This document shows positions 38,009-45,736 of a stretch of DNA of 64,000 nucleotides, in pieces. The stretch's first letter is position 1. Each line of letters begins with the position of its first letter. The DNA comes from a bacterium (GTDB lineage: Bacteria > Vulcanimicrobiota > Xenobia > Xenobiales > JADMJV01). Position numbers and translations under genes: made by a program. The DNA is taken from NCBI GenBank assembly GCA_018780265.1, contig JADMJV010000035.1, forward strand, positions 10,491 through 74,490. Reading direction: 5' to 3'. The notes under the pieces were generated by a model that was not told the DNA's origin, made no database searches, and worked only from the letters and a program-made list of their open reading frames with translations.

Positions 38009-39466
38009 TTAAAATTTGCGCGACCATTCCTTGGGCCAGCGTTCCACCACCACTTTGGTCTGGGTGTAGAACTCAATACCGTGGCGGCCCTGAGCATGCA
38101 GGTCACCGAAGAAGCTATCCTTCCAACCGCTAAAGGGGAAGAATGCCATGGGAGCGGCCACGCCGATGTTGATGCCGAGATTGCCCACCTCGGTTTCGTG
38201 CCGGAATTTGCGCGCGGCCGCTCCACTGCTGGTGAAGAGACAGGCCTGATTACCGTATTTGCCCGAATTGACAAAGTCGATGACCTTGTCCATGTCGTCA
38301 AAATGGATCACTCCCAGCACCGGTCCAAAGATCTCGGTGGTGAGTAGTTCGCTCTGCATCGGCATGGACATCACCGTGGGACGCAGAAAGCTGCCCTGAG
38401 CCACAGGGTTGTCGCGCCCATCCACAATGATCTGAGCCCCTTGTTGGACGCCGATATCAATGAGACCACGCACCCGATCACGACTGGCCTTGTTGATCAG
38501 CGGCCCCATCTGGACCCCGTCGTCCAGTCCGTTGCCCACTGTGCGACTCTGACTGGCCTCGCGCATGGCCTCCAGGAAGCTGTCTTTGACCTCGCCCACC
38601 GTAATGGCCAGCGAGGAGGCCAGGCAGCGCTGTCCCGCGCAACCAAAGGCGCTGTCGGCCACGATTTTGGTAGTCATGTCCAGGTCGGCGTCGGGCATGA
38701 CGATGATGGGGTTTTTGGCGCCGCCCTGAGCCTGCACCCGTTTGCCGTGCTGGGAGGCCTTGCTGTAGATATAGCGAGCCACCTGGGTGGAACCCACAAA
38801 GCTGACGGCTTTGACCAGGGGATGCTCGAGCAATGCATCCACCGCTTCGCGGCTGCCGTGAACCAGATTGGCCACCCCGGCCGGCAAACCGGCCTGATTG
38901 AGAAGTTCGAGCAGCTTGACCAGCGTTTGCGGAACTTTCTCGGAGGGCTTCAAGACCACCGTGTTACCGCACACCAGCGCGTAAGGCAAAAACCAGAGTG
39001 GAATCATGGCCGGGAAATTGAAGGGAGTAATGATGGCGCACACGCCCACCGGCTGACGAATCATCAACTCGTCGATACCTGGAGCGATGTCTTCGTTGTG
39101 GTAACCCTGGATTAAAATGGGGGCGCCGCAGGCTACCTCCACGTTTTCTACTCCGCGGCGCAATTCGCCCCGGGCTTCGTCGAGGGTCTTGCCGCATTCC
39201 AGCGTGATCTGACGAGCCACGGCTTCGAAGTTCTCTTCGAGTAACTGCTTATAGCGAAACATCACCTGGATGCGCTCGGTCACAGCCGTGTTGCGCCAGC
39301 CCTTGAGAGCCTTTTGAGCGCACTGGACGGCCCGGTCCACGTCACCGGCCGTAGACAGGGGAACTTCGGTCAGAACCTCGTCTGTGGCGGGGTTGAGCAC
39401 GGGTAGCGAAGCCGTGCTGGAGGCCTCCTCCCAACGATGGTCGATCCAATTGGCTAAGCGTGACAT
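38009..39466 (-). CDS. mmsA: CoA-acylating methylmalonate-semialdehyde dehydrogenase
   Basis: Aldehyde dehydrogenase fold with catalytic FGCAGQRCLA, GKRVQAQGGAKNP and C-terminal FFGDLHAQGRHGIEFYT. The start is placed at MSRLANWIDH (39466). Confidence 0.9.
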   Translation of the reverse strand: MSRLANWIDHRWEEASSTASLPVLNPATDEVLTEVPLSTAGDVDRAVQCAQKALKGWRNTAVTERIQVMFRYKQLLEENFEAVARQITLECGKTLDEARGELRRGVENVEVACGAPILIQGYHNEDIAPGIDELMIRQPVGVCAIITPFNFPAMIPLWFLPYALVCGNTVVLKPSEKVPQTLVKLLELLNQAGLPAGVANLVHGSREAVDALLEHPLVKAVSFVGSTQVARYIYSKASQHGKRVQAQGGAKNPIIVMPDADLDMTTKIVADSAFGCAGQRCLASSLAITVGEVKDSFLEAMREASQSRTVGNGLDDGVQMGPLINKASRDRVRGLIDIGVQQGAQIIVDGRDNPVAQGSFLRPTVMSMPMQSELLTTEIFGPVLGVIHFDDMDKVIDFVNSGKYGNQACLFTSSGAAARKFRHETEVGNLGINIGVAAPMAFFPFSGWKDSFFGDLHAQGRHGIEFYTQTKVVVERWPKEWSRKF

Positions 39467-39537
39467 GAAGCGTCCTCCTAAGTTGGTCGGCTTCTTCGCC
39501 CTCGGGCTTGCCAGTCCATTCCCCATCCACTAGACTG

Positions 39538-39918
39538 CAGAGCAAGTCAGCTGGACGGTCGCGGGTCGGTGTATCACCGGCTTGAGGAAAGTCCGGGCTC
39601 CCAAGGGCAGGATGCTGGATAACGTCCAGTGAGGGCGACCTCGAGGATAGTGCCACAGAAATGGTGACCGCCGTTCTTCGGAACGGTAAGGGTGCAACGG
39701 TGGGGTAAGAGCCCACCAGCAGTGCGGTGACGCACTGGCTAGGTAAACCCCGTTCGGGAGCAAGACTCATTTGGAGACGAAGGCCTGGCCTTCCTCGGCG
39801 GCCCGTCGAGCGTTCTTCGAGTATGTTGCATCAGGAAAACGGTAACGTTTTTCGCAGAGAGATGGCCGTCGGCGGCTTCGGCCGTGACAGAACCCGGCTT
39901 ACAGGCTGACTTGCAGAG
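39538..39918 (+). ncRNA. rnpB: RNase P RNA, bacterial type A
   Basis: Universal GAGGAAAGTCCGGGCTC, GGTAAGAGCCCACCAGC and ACAGAACCCGGCTTAC boxes. The P1 helix GCAAGTCAGCT (39542-39552) pairs with GGCTGACTTGC (39904-39914). Confidence 0.95.
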
Positions 39919-39944
39919 GGACCTCGTGTCCCTCTGTTTTTTTT
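39914..39944 (+). terminator. intrinsic terminator after rnpB
   Basis: CAGAGGGA-cctcgtg-TCCCTCTG stem followed by TTTTTTTT. Confidence 0.8.
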
Positions 39945-40100
39945 AGGCGTCGCCGTCCTCAAACCAACGACTGGCCTGGAGGCGAGTGAGGGAATGGAAA
40001 GTCTCGATGTAGCCCCCACCTGCACGGAAGAGATTTCGAGCCAAAGACCGTCATTCCTATTGGGAGGGGGAGGGGTTGGTCTGACGCGAAACTACCCACC

Positions 40101-40496
40101 GTGACAGCAATGACGGAGCGGTTTGCCAACCTGGGCGTGAAATTTGCCTACATTTTTGGTTCCCGCGCTCGCGGCCAGGATCGACCCGACAGTGACCTGG
40201 ATGTGGCCGTCTGGTACGCCCCCGAATTGGACTGCATGGAACGCTTTCAGCGCAATTGCCAGTTGCAGGAGAGTCTGGAGCAGGAGTTTGGCGGTGCCGT
40301 AGACTTGATCATTTTAAACGACGCCAAACCGACTCTGCAAAACGAAGCCGTTCTGCGGGGCAAGGCCATCTATCCAGTAGACGATCCAGCAGCCATTATT
40401 CGCTTCGAAGCTCGCATACGCCAGCGCCACGAAGACTACGCCTACAGCCAGCGATTCTTCACCAAGGCTCGCCGGGCCCGAATGGCTCACGAATGA
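40101..40496 (+). CDS. mntA: MntA-type nucleotidyltransferase antitoxin (type VII TA)
   Basis: IFGSRARGQDRPDSDLDVAV is the minimal nucleotidyltransferase GS...DxD motif. GTG start. Confidence 0.85.
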   Translation: MTAMTERFANLGVKFAYIFGSRARGQDRPDSDLDVAVWYAPELDCMERFQRNCQLQESLEQEFGGAVDLIILNDAKPTLQNEAVLRGKAIYPVDDPAAIIRFEARIRQRHEDYAYSQRFFTKARRARMAHE

Positions 40497-40900
40497 CTCT
40501 ACACCGCGATCTACTCGAAGAATTAGAGAAGAATCTAAGGCTGCTTGAGGACCTGAAGACGCTTGATTGTGAAGAGTTTCTGGCCAATCCCAGACACTAC
40601 CTTCTGGCGGAGCGGTGCTTCCAACTGGCGATACAATGCGTGCTGGACATGGGTTACACGCTCGCTTCGTTGAGGCAATGGCAACGACCCGGCGATGGAC
40701 GCGACGCCATTCGCCTGATGGGACGTCAGGGTGTCATCCCCACCGACTTCGCGGAACGAATTGCGCCTATGGCCAACTTCAGAAACATCCTGGTGCACGC
40801 CTATCTGGGCATCAACCGCGAACTGGTCTATCGGTATTTGAGCCAAACCGATGACTTCCGGGCATTTATCGGCTATCTGGAAACCTACCTGGCCGACTAG
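40493..40900 (+). CDS. hepT: HepT-type HEPN (DUF86) toxin
   Basis: ATGA overlap with mntA. RNILVHAY matches the R-x4-H-x-Y HEPN motif. Confidence 0.85.
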   Translation: MTLHRDLLEELEKNLRLLEDLKTLDCEEFLANPRHYLLAERCFQLAIQCVLDMGYTLASLRQWQRPGDGRDAIRLMGRQGVIPTDFAERIAPMANFRNILVHAYLGINRELVYRYLSQTDDFRAFIGYLETYLAD

Positions 40901-41997
40901 GTTCCATAAAAGTGGCGCAGACGCCAGGCCAGCCAACTGGCCACAGCACTGCTGGAGATGCGTCCACTGATGATGCAGGCGTCCGAAATCAGTTGCAAGT
41001 GAGCGCCGCGGGCCGATTGGCGCACCCAGATCTCTTCTAGCTGGTCCGCCGGGATGGCGGCCGACCACACGGGGATGCCCCAGAGTCGGTCCTGAGCCGC
41101 CAGGCGCTTGGGGCAAACCCTTAACTCTTTGCGATAGCCGAAGAGAAAGAAGGCCGTCAGGCCTACCATGCCCCCGGTCACGTAAAAGTAGGTAAAGTGA
41201 TGATTGTTGCGGGCGATATCTAAAAAGGAGAGCTGAAAGCGGTCAGGCACCTCCTGCCCGGGTGCCAGCCTGGGAAAGATAGGCACGATGGCCAGCAACA
41301 GGACAAAGCAGACCAGCGTAAAGAACTCATTGAGCATGGCCGGACTGAGCAGTCGCCAGGTGTAGAATTGTTCGTCAGCGCTCTCGCTGACCTCGATCGA
41401 GCAGGGTTCGGGTTTGCTTACTTCGGAACCCAGCAGCTCGGGCTGGCGACGGACCCGCTCGCGGAAAGGCAGGTCCAGATCCTCCCGAGGAATCGTGATT
41501 TCGCCCGCCTCGGCCTTTTCCAGCACCGGGCAGTTGATGGTTTTGGCCAGCGCCTCGGCCAGCGAACGACTCTCGATCTGGTGGCCCTGGCGCCGGTCCA
41601 GGACATACTGGCGCTTGCCATCGACCAGATTGACCAGCCAGTATTCCAAGGCACTGGAGCCCCGCTCTTCTTCCTGCGAGCGCAACCGAATCATGGGGGG
41701 CTCCTGCCAGTTGTAGCGCAAACTGCGCCCAAACCACCCATCCTTGACACGCACGCTTTGACCTTCTACCCAGAAGCGCTTGCGTGTGTAGCGCATCAGC
41801 AGAAATCCCAGGATGACCAGCACAAAGCCGGCCGGAGCCGCATAGTGGACCCCGTTGTTGTCAGGGTAAACGGTTGCCAACAGGGCTCGGGCTGGAAAGC
41901 TCAAGGCCAACCCGCAGAACACCAAAAAAAGGCCGAGGTCGTTGTTACTCTCTGATGGTATCGAGATCACTCCCGAGGCGCTACGCACCACAGACAT
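40897..41997 (-). CDS. hypothetical membrane protein
   Basis: 366-aa ORF with two pairs of TM helices separated by soluble segments. It lies 15 nt downstream of the FlhB_C-FlhA_C fusion gene on the same strand. Confidence 0.55.
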   Translation of the reverse strand: MSVVRSASGVISIPSESNNDLGLFLVFCGLALSFPARALLATVYPDNNGVHYAAPAGFVLVILGFLLMRYTRKRFWVEGQSVRVKDGWFGRSLRYNWQEPPMIRLRSQEEERGSSALEYWLVNLVDGKRQYVLDRRQGHQIESRSLAEALAKTINCPVLEKAEAGEITIPREDLDLPFRERVRRQPELLGSEVSKPEPCSIEVSESADEQFYTWRLLSPAMLNEFFTLVCFVLLLAIVPIFPRLAPGQEVPDRFQLSFLDIARNNHHFTYFYVTGGMVGLTAFFLFGYRKELRVCPKRLAAQDRLWGIPVWSAAIPADQLEEIWVRQSARGAHLQLISDACIISGRISSSAVASWLAWRLRHFYGT

Positions 41998-42011
41998 ATT
42001 GCTACGACCTC

Positions 42012-43244
42012 CTACAGCCTTATGGTGGTGTAGACGCGCACATCAGCGTCGGCGGCTACCTCAGGATATGACAAAACCGGTAAGAGTGGGAAGGAAGGCT
42101 CGACCAGACGGCGCAAAAACCGGCGGGGACGGGGACTGCATAGCAATACCGGACGGACCCCTCTGCTCTCTGCTTTTTCCACCCCTTTGGCCACGCTGGT
42201 CAACAGTTTGAGACTGACGTCCACGTCCAGGTCAAACCAAATCGCCATAGAGGCGGGCCGCACATCTTTGAGAATGCTGCTCTCCATTTCAGGCGACACC
42301 AGCATGGCGTGAACGATCCCTTGAGCATCGGCATATTCACGGCACAGTTGAAAGTTGAGGGAAGCGCGCACAAATTCGGTCAACTGGTCCGGGTCCTGCG
42401 AGCGCAGTTTGTGACTTTCGACTGCCTCCAAGACGGCCGTCAGGTCGCGAATTTTAATCCCCTCGCGCAGCAGGTTGCGCAAAATTTGGCGCAATCCAGA
42501 GACAGTAAGATGGTCAGGAAAGAGCGCCTTGTAGAGACCCGCATGGGTCTTGCGGACTGCTTCCACCAACCTCTCTGTCTCGCGAAAACCCAGCAACCGG
42601 TGGGCATTGCGGGAGATCACCTGATACAGGCCCAGCATCAGGTCCCCAAAGTCAGGCGGTTGAGCGGCACTCCAAATAAACTCACAAGAGCCCTGCACCA
42701 AAATGCGACCGGCGCAGTCCAGGTCCGGGCAATGGCGCACCTCCAGACTGAGCAATGGGAGGCCCGTTTCAACCTGCAATTTTTGGCGGTGCAAAGTCGT
42801 GAGGGAAACCACCGGCTGAACCCATTCCGCCTGACTCAACTCGATCCAGATGCGGGATACTTCAAGTTGCGCCCTTAACTCTGAAAGGCCGCCTTTCCAG
42901 CGCTTGGGCACCTGACCCAGCCCCTTGACCAACTTGACCGGAGTAGGACCTGGACGACTGCGCTGCACCAGTGCAATGGCCTGAGCAGCGGACCGAAATA
43001 GACCTTCGGGAATTTCCTGGCCCGGATCTAACCCCACCAGATGCTCCGAGGTCATTTCACAGCACTCGACGATGGGCACCCCCATTTCCTGGGCCGACCA
43101 AAGCAGTTCGGGCACCTGATTTCCGGTGACGCAGGCAACAACCGACGGCGTTTCCCCTGGCGAGTAAGCCAGGGCTAAAGCCGCAGACTCGGGGGCCAGC
43201 AGCACCACTTCAGTCCGGCTTAATTGAGTCGGGTCCACGGCCAC
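42012..43244 (-). CDS. soluble FlhB_C-like + FlhA_C-like fusion protein (no membrane domain)
   Basis: Residues ~10-95 resemble the post-cleavage FlhB/YscU C-domain: ALALAYSPGETPSVVACVTGNQVPELLWSAQEMGVPIVECCEMTSEHLVGLDPGQEIPEGLFRSAAQAIALV. The rest is colinear with FlhA_C: LRQILRNLLREGIKIRDLTAVLEAVES and RPVLLCSPRPRRFLRRLVEPSFPLLPVLSYPEV. A GTG start at 43244 or 43238 sits after GTGAGG. Confidence 0.75.
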   Translation of the reverse strand: MAVDPTQLSRTEVVLLAPESAALALAYSPGETPSVVACVTGNQVPELLWSAQEMGVPIVECCEMTSEHLVGLDPGQEIPEGLFRSAAQAIALVQRSRPGPTPVKLVKGLGQVPKRWKGGLSELRAQLEVSRIWIELSQAEWVQPVVSLTTLHRQKLQVETGLPLLSLEVRHCPDLDCAGRILVQGSCEFIWSAAQPPDFGDLMLGLYQVISRNAHRLLGFRETERLVEAVRKTHAGLYKALFPDHLTVSGLRQILRNLLREGIKIRDLTAVLEAVESHKLRSQDPDQLTEFVRASLNFQLCREYADAQGIVHAMLVSPEMESSILKDVRPASMAIWFDLDVDVSLKLLTSVAKGVEKAESRGVRPVLLCSPRPRRFLRRLVEPSFPLLPVLSYPEVAADADVRVYTTIRL

Positions 43245-43472
43245 CTCACTTGCCGATTGACCGGCAAAGTCCTCTGCTTATCGAACAGTTGAATAGGGCT
43301 TGCAAGGGCCTTTTCGCCAGGGCAAGCCGATTCCTGGATTGTCTGTGGATCTATTCGGGGGAACAAGTTGATAACTAATTGTAAACGAAACACCAGGTCT
43401 ATTGAATCGGGTTCTATTTTTGCCAACTATAGCCATTTGCCGAAAGGCTAAAGTCGGCTTGTCGAGGGGGCG

Positions 43473-43501
43473 TTGACAGAGATGCGCCGCCGGAATAAGA
43501 T
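43473..43501 (+). promoter_or_regulatory. candidate sigma70-type promoter for the RNA array
   Basis: TTGACA (43473-43478), a 17-nt spacer, then TAAGAT (43496-43501). It follows the most AT-rich part of the intergenic region. Confidence 0.4.
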
Positions 43502-43530
43502 GCAGACCTCAGCCGCGGAAACGCGGACGA

Positions 43531-43610
43531 CGCCTCAACAAGCGATAGAGTTGACGCCCTGCTGAGCGAAATAGGCAGGGGTAGCTTGCAGACCTCAGCA
43601 AGCCGAAGCG
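43531..43610 (+). repeat. RNA module copy 1 (divergent P1/P2, canonical P3)
   Basis: TCAAC/GTTGA, CCTGC/GCAGG, GGTAGC, then GCTTGC-agacctca-GCAAGC (43584-43603). Confidence 0.6.
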
Positions 43611-43699
43611 CTGAGGCTTCGTTAACAATCCTTAGCGAGGCCCGAGACGAATCGGAGAGTCTGGTCGTAGTGACCGCGCCCTCTGGCTCGAGTAGTCGG

Positions 43700-43782
43700 G
43701 GTCCCAATGCTGGAACGGCGGGCGGTTGGGAGGTTCTGTTTCACCTTAGAAGCAGGGGTAGCTTGCATACCTGAGCAGGCCG
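43700..43782 (+). repeat. RNA module copy 2
   Basis: P1 CCCAA/TTGGG (43703-43707 / 43726-43730) with loop TGCTGGAACGGCGGGCGG, then GGTAGCTTGC-atacctga-GCAGGC. Confidence 0.65.
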
Positions 43783-43913
43783 CGCAAAGACGGAGCGAGC
43801 CCCGTCGTGGCCCAAGTCCTCTTCGGACCCGTGAGGAGAATCGACTTGTCCGGGAATCACATTCTAGGGTGTGAGGAAAGGCAAGAAGACCGAAGGAAAA
43901 TTCATGGATGCGG

Positions 43914-44002
43914 GAGCCTGGTGCTGGATAGGTGGCGGCCAGGGGGCGCTGACTCAGCCTGAATGAGTCAGGGGTAGCGTGCAGACCCGGTTACGCAGTC
44001 GG
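43914..44002 (+). repeat. RNA module copy 3
   Basis: P1 CCTGG/CCAGG, P2 CTGACTCA-gcctgaa-TGAGTCAG, and GGTAGCGT...ACGC. Confidence 0.75.
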
Positions 44003-44163
44003 ACAACATCGACTTGAGCGCATCAGCGTGGTGTAGTGTGGTCTTCGTTATGGTTGTGGAGCCGTGAGGCGAGACGACTCGAGCGGGAAGCGAAAGCGGA
44101 AAGTGCGAGTGGAACGTAACCACCAAAAGAAGTGCCCGGTGACGGGAGGCTTCGATGAGCGAG

Positions 44164-44250
44164 GATACCTGGCGTTGGAGGTCGGCAGCCAGGGGGCACT
44201 GATTCAGCCTGAATGAATCAGAGGTAGCTTGCATACTTGAGCAAGTCGCC
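44164..44250 (+). repeat. RNA module copy 4
   Basis: P1 CCTGG/CCAGG, P2 CTGATTCA-gcctgaa-TGAATCAG, and P3 GCTTGC-atacttga-GCAAGT. Confidence 0.75.
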
Positions 44251-44385
44251 CGGTCCAGAGGGCGTGAGTGAATCGAAAGCAATTGGACGAGGCTCATTGA
44301 CGAGTTCAGGGTGCCGTGAGGCAAGTAAAAGGGCCGGACAGAAAGCGCAAGCGGAAAGTTCGGTTTGACCTGGATTACGATGTGG

Positions 44386-44470
44386 GAGCCTGGCGTTGGA
44401 GGTCGGCAGCCAGGGGGCCCTGATACAGCCCGGATGTTTCAGAGGTAACTTGCAGACTTCAGCAAGCCGC
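44386..44470 (+). repeat. RNA module copy 5
   Basis: P1 CCTGG/CCAGG, P2 CTGATACA-gcccgga-TGTTTCAG, and P3 CTTGC-agacttca-GCAAG. Confidence 0.75.
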
Positions 44471-44634
44471 TGCGCTCATTCAGCGAGAGTCAAACCTTGG
44501 ACAAGTGAGAGAGGCCTCGGGCCTGATAGGGAACCGCAAGGAGAATGCTCTGGTCGGGAAATCGCCGCAAGGCGAGGAAACGGCCAGACACCCTGTCTAC
44601 AGTATCTTACTGGAGATGCTGGAATTGGCTTGAG

Positions 44635-44722
44635 GAGCCCGGTGCAGGTGGGTAAGGCGACCGGGGGGCACTGTCCTGGCCCGACGCAGGACAGGGGTAG
44701 CGTGCAGACCTGAGCACGTCGG
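44635..44722 (+). repeat. RNA module copy 6
   Basis: P1 CCCGG/CCGGG, P2 CTGTCCTG-gcccgacg-CAGGACAG, and P3 GCGTGC-agacctga-GCACGT. Confidence 0.75.
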
Positions 44723-44858
44723 TGAGTTACAGCACCGAAAGCGAAGTGAAGCGCTGTAAAGAGGCTGCAGAAGAGGCCGGGGACCGTGAGGTTCAAGTTC
44801 TTGTCGCGGGGAAGCCGTAAGGCGGAAAGCGAGAAGACCCCAGGAATCTCTTTCTGCA

Positions 44859-44898
44859 GGGCCTGGTGTTGGTGGGGCAGGCAGCCAGGCTGAACGAA
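44859..44898 (+). repeat. RNA module copy 7, truncated (P1 only, then terminator)
   Basis: GCCTGG-tgttggtggggcaggcag-CCAGGC is followed directly by the terminator hairpin. Confidence 0.55.
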
Positions 44899-44932
44899 GC
44901 CGTCTGAGAGATCAGACGGCTTTTGTTGTTTT
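44899..44932 (+). terminator. intrinsic terminator closing the RNA array (also abuts the convergent minus-strand gene)
   Basis: GCCGTCTGA-gaga-TCAGACGGC followed by TTTTGTTGTTTT. Confidence 0.75.
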
Positions 44933-45534
44933 CAGGGCTTCCAGCGCACCACCAGGGCGATGCCGCGGTCCTCGCGGTGCTGGTAGGGCTCGAAGCGTGG
45001 CTGCAACTTGCGGTCCTTACACTCCTGAAAAAGCTGGGTGAGGGCTTCCGGCAATTTAGGACGGCCCAAGGCCCAACGGGTGAACCGCGAGGCCTTTGCA
45101 TGCTTGGGAATCCAGCTTTCCAGTTCGACCAACCAGGGAAGCGGACATTGCTGCCACTCTTTGACCTTCAGGTCTTGCTGCAGCCAACCCTCGATATGCC
45201 GAAAAGAGGGCGGACCCAAACTCCGCAGCTTGGGATAAGGGTCTGGCGTGCGCTGCTGACTGGCGTGAAGCTCTTCCTGGAGCAAGTGCCTCAAGTCGAC
45301 CGGCTGAAAGCTCATCCGCAAGAGGGTGACTTCGTCTTTTCCTTGATCGGCGGCGGCTACAGCAGAAGACTGCAGTTGCTCTCGAGCCAGGCTGATCTTC
45401 TGCAAAATTTTGTCGAGCGAGTCCCCTTGCTGGGCCCCCCAGGCCCTGGCCAGCAGTTGATGCTTTTCGCGAGAACTCTGGTCGCGAGCTCGGCGGGCCC
45501 GCGCCTGCAAACTGGCCACGTCTACCTGTGTCAT
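44932..45534 (-). CDS. hypothetical protein
   Basis: 200-aa ORF with plausible composition. The overlapping + strand 250-aa ORF looks like a shadow frame. No motif recognised. Confidence 0.55.
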   Translation of the reverse strand: MTQVDVASLQARARRARDQSSREKHQLLARAWGAQQGDSLDKILQKISLAREQLQSSAVAAADQGKDEVTLLRMSFQPVDLRHLLQEELHASQQRTPDPYPKLRSLGPPSFRHIEGWLQQDLKVKEWQQCPLPWLVELESWIPKHAKASRFTRWALGRPKLPEALTQLFQECKDRKLQPRFEPYQHREDRGIALVVRWKP

Positions 45535-45572
45535 GGGGATACTTTAGACAGGCCTGCAGACATCGTCAAGAA

Positions 45573-45668
45573 TCAAAACAAGTGCGAGGCAGCCATAAAT
45601 CCCAGGATCAGGATTAACATAAAAAAGCCCATCCCGGCGTCAAACTGGACTAAGGTATCGTTTCTCAT
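45573..45668 (-). CDS. possible 31-aa hydrophobic peptide
   Basis: MRNDTLVQFDAGMGFFMLILILGFMAASHLF lies between two same-strand genes. No clear RBS, so the call is weak. Confidence 0.2.
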   Translation of the reverse strand: MRNDTLVQFDAGMGFFMLILILGFMAASHLF

Positions 45669-45736
45669 GGACTGAGTATAATGGAAACGTGCCGGCTGAG
45701 ACCTGACAACTTGTGACAAGATCGCCGAATTCGCGA

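Larger units (their letters stand above)
43505..44932 (+). ncRNA. unclassified ~1.4 kb non-coding transcript composed of tandem structured modules
   Basis: No consistent ORF. Seven copies of a three-hairpin block show compensatory substitutions. The G-T wobbles are only compatible with the + strand. Bounded by the candidate promoter and an intrinsic terminator. Confidence 0.7.

Noticed and set aside
39342-39770. ORFs of 142 and 77 aa overlapping 39530-39770
   Set aside because: They lie inside or antisense to the RNase P RNA gene, whose conserved boxes and P1 helix are unambiguous.
43830-44720. Small peptide genes behind the SD-like GTGAGG boxes in each module
   Set aside because: No start codon at a consistent distance from the boxes. 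The ORFs in the track (43586, 43968, 44396, 44476) are on different strands and frames and are not homologous to each other. Substitutions preserve base pairing rather than codons.
43531-44722. CRISPR array interpretation of the repeated ~30-nt hairpin motif (GGTAGCTTGC-AGACCTGA-GCAAGCC)
   Set aside because: Repeat spacing is 180-250 nt, far beyond CRISPR spacer length. The intervening sequences are themselves homologous (shared P1/P2 hairpins, CCGTGAGG and GCGGAAAG boxes). The repeats are not identical, and no cas gene is visible in the window.
44923-45675. 250-aa plus-strand ORF overlapping the 200-aa minus-strand ORF
   Set aside because: It would have to start within the terminator of the RNA array, and its composition (L/Q/P/G/R-rich, no motif) looks like the shadow of the minus-strand ORF. 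The minus-strand ORF is kept, with moderate confidence only.
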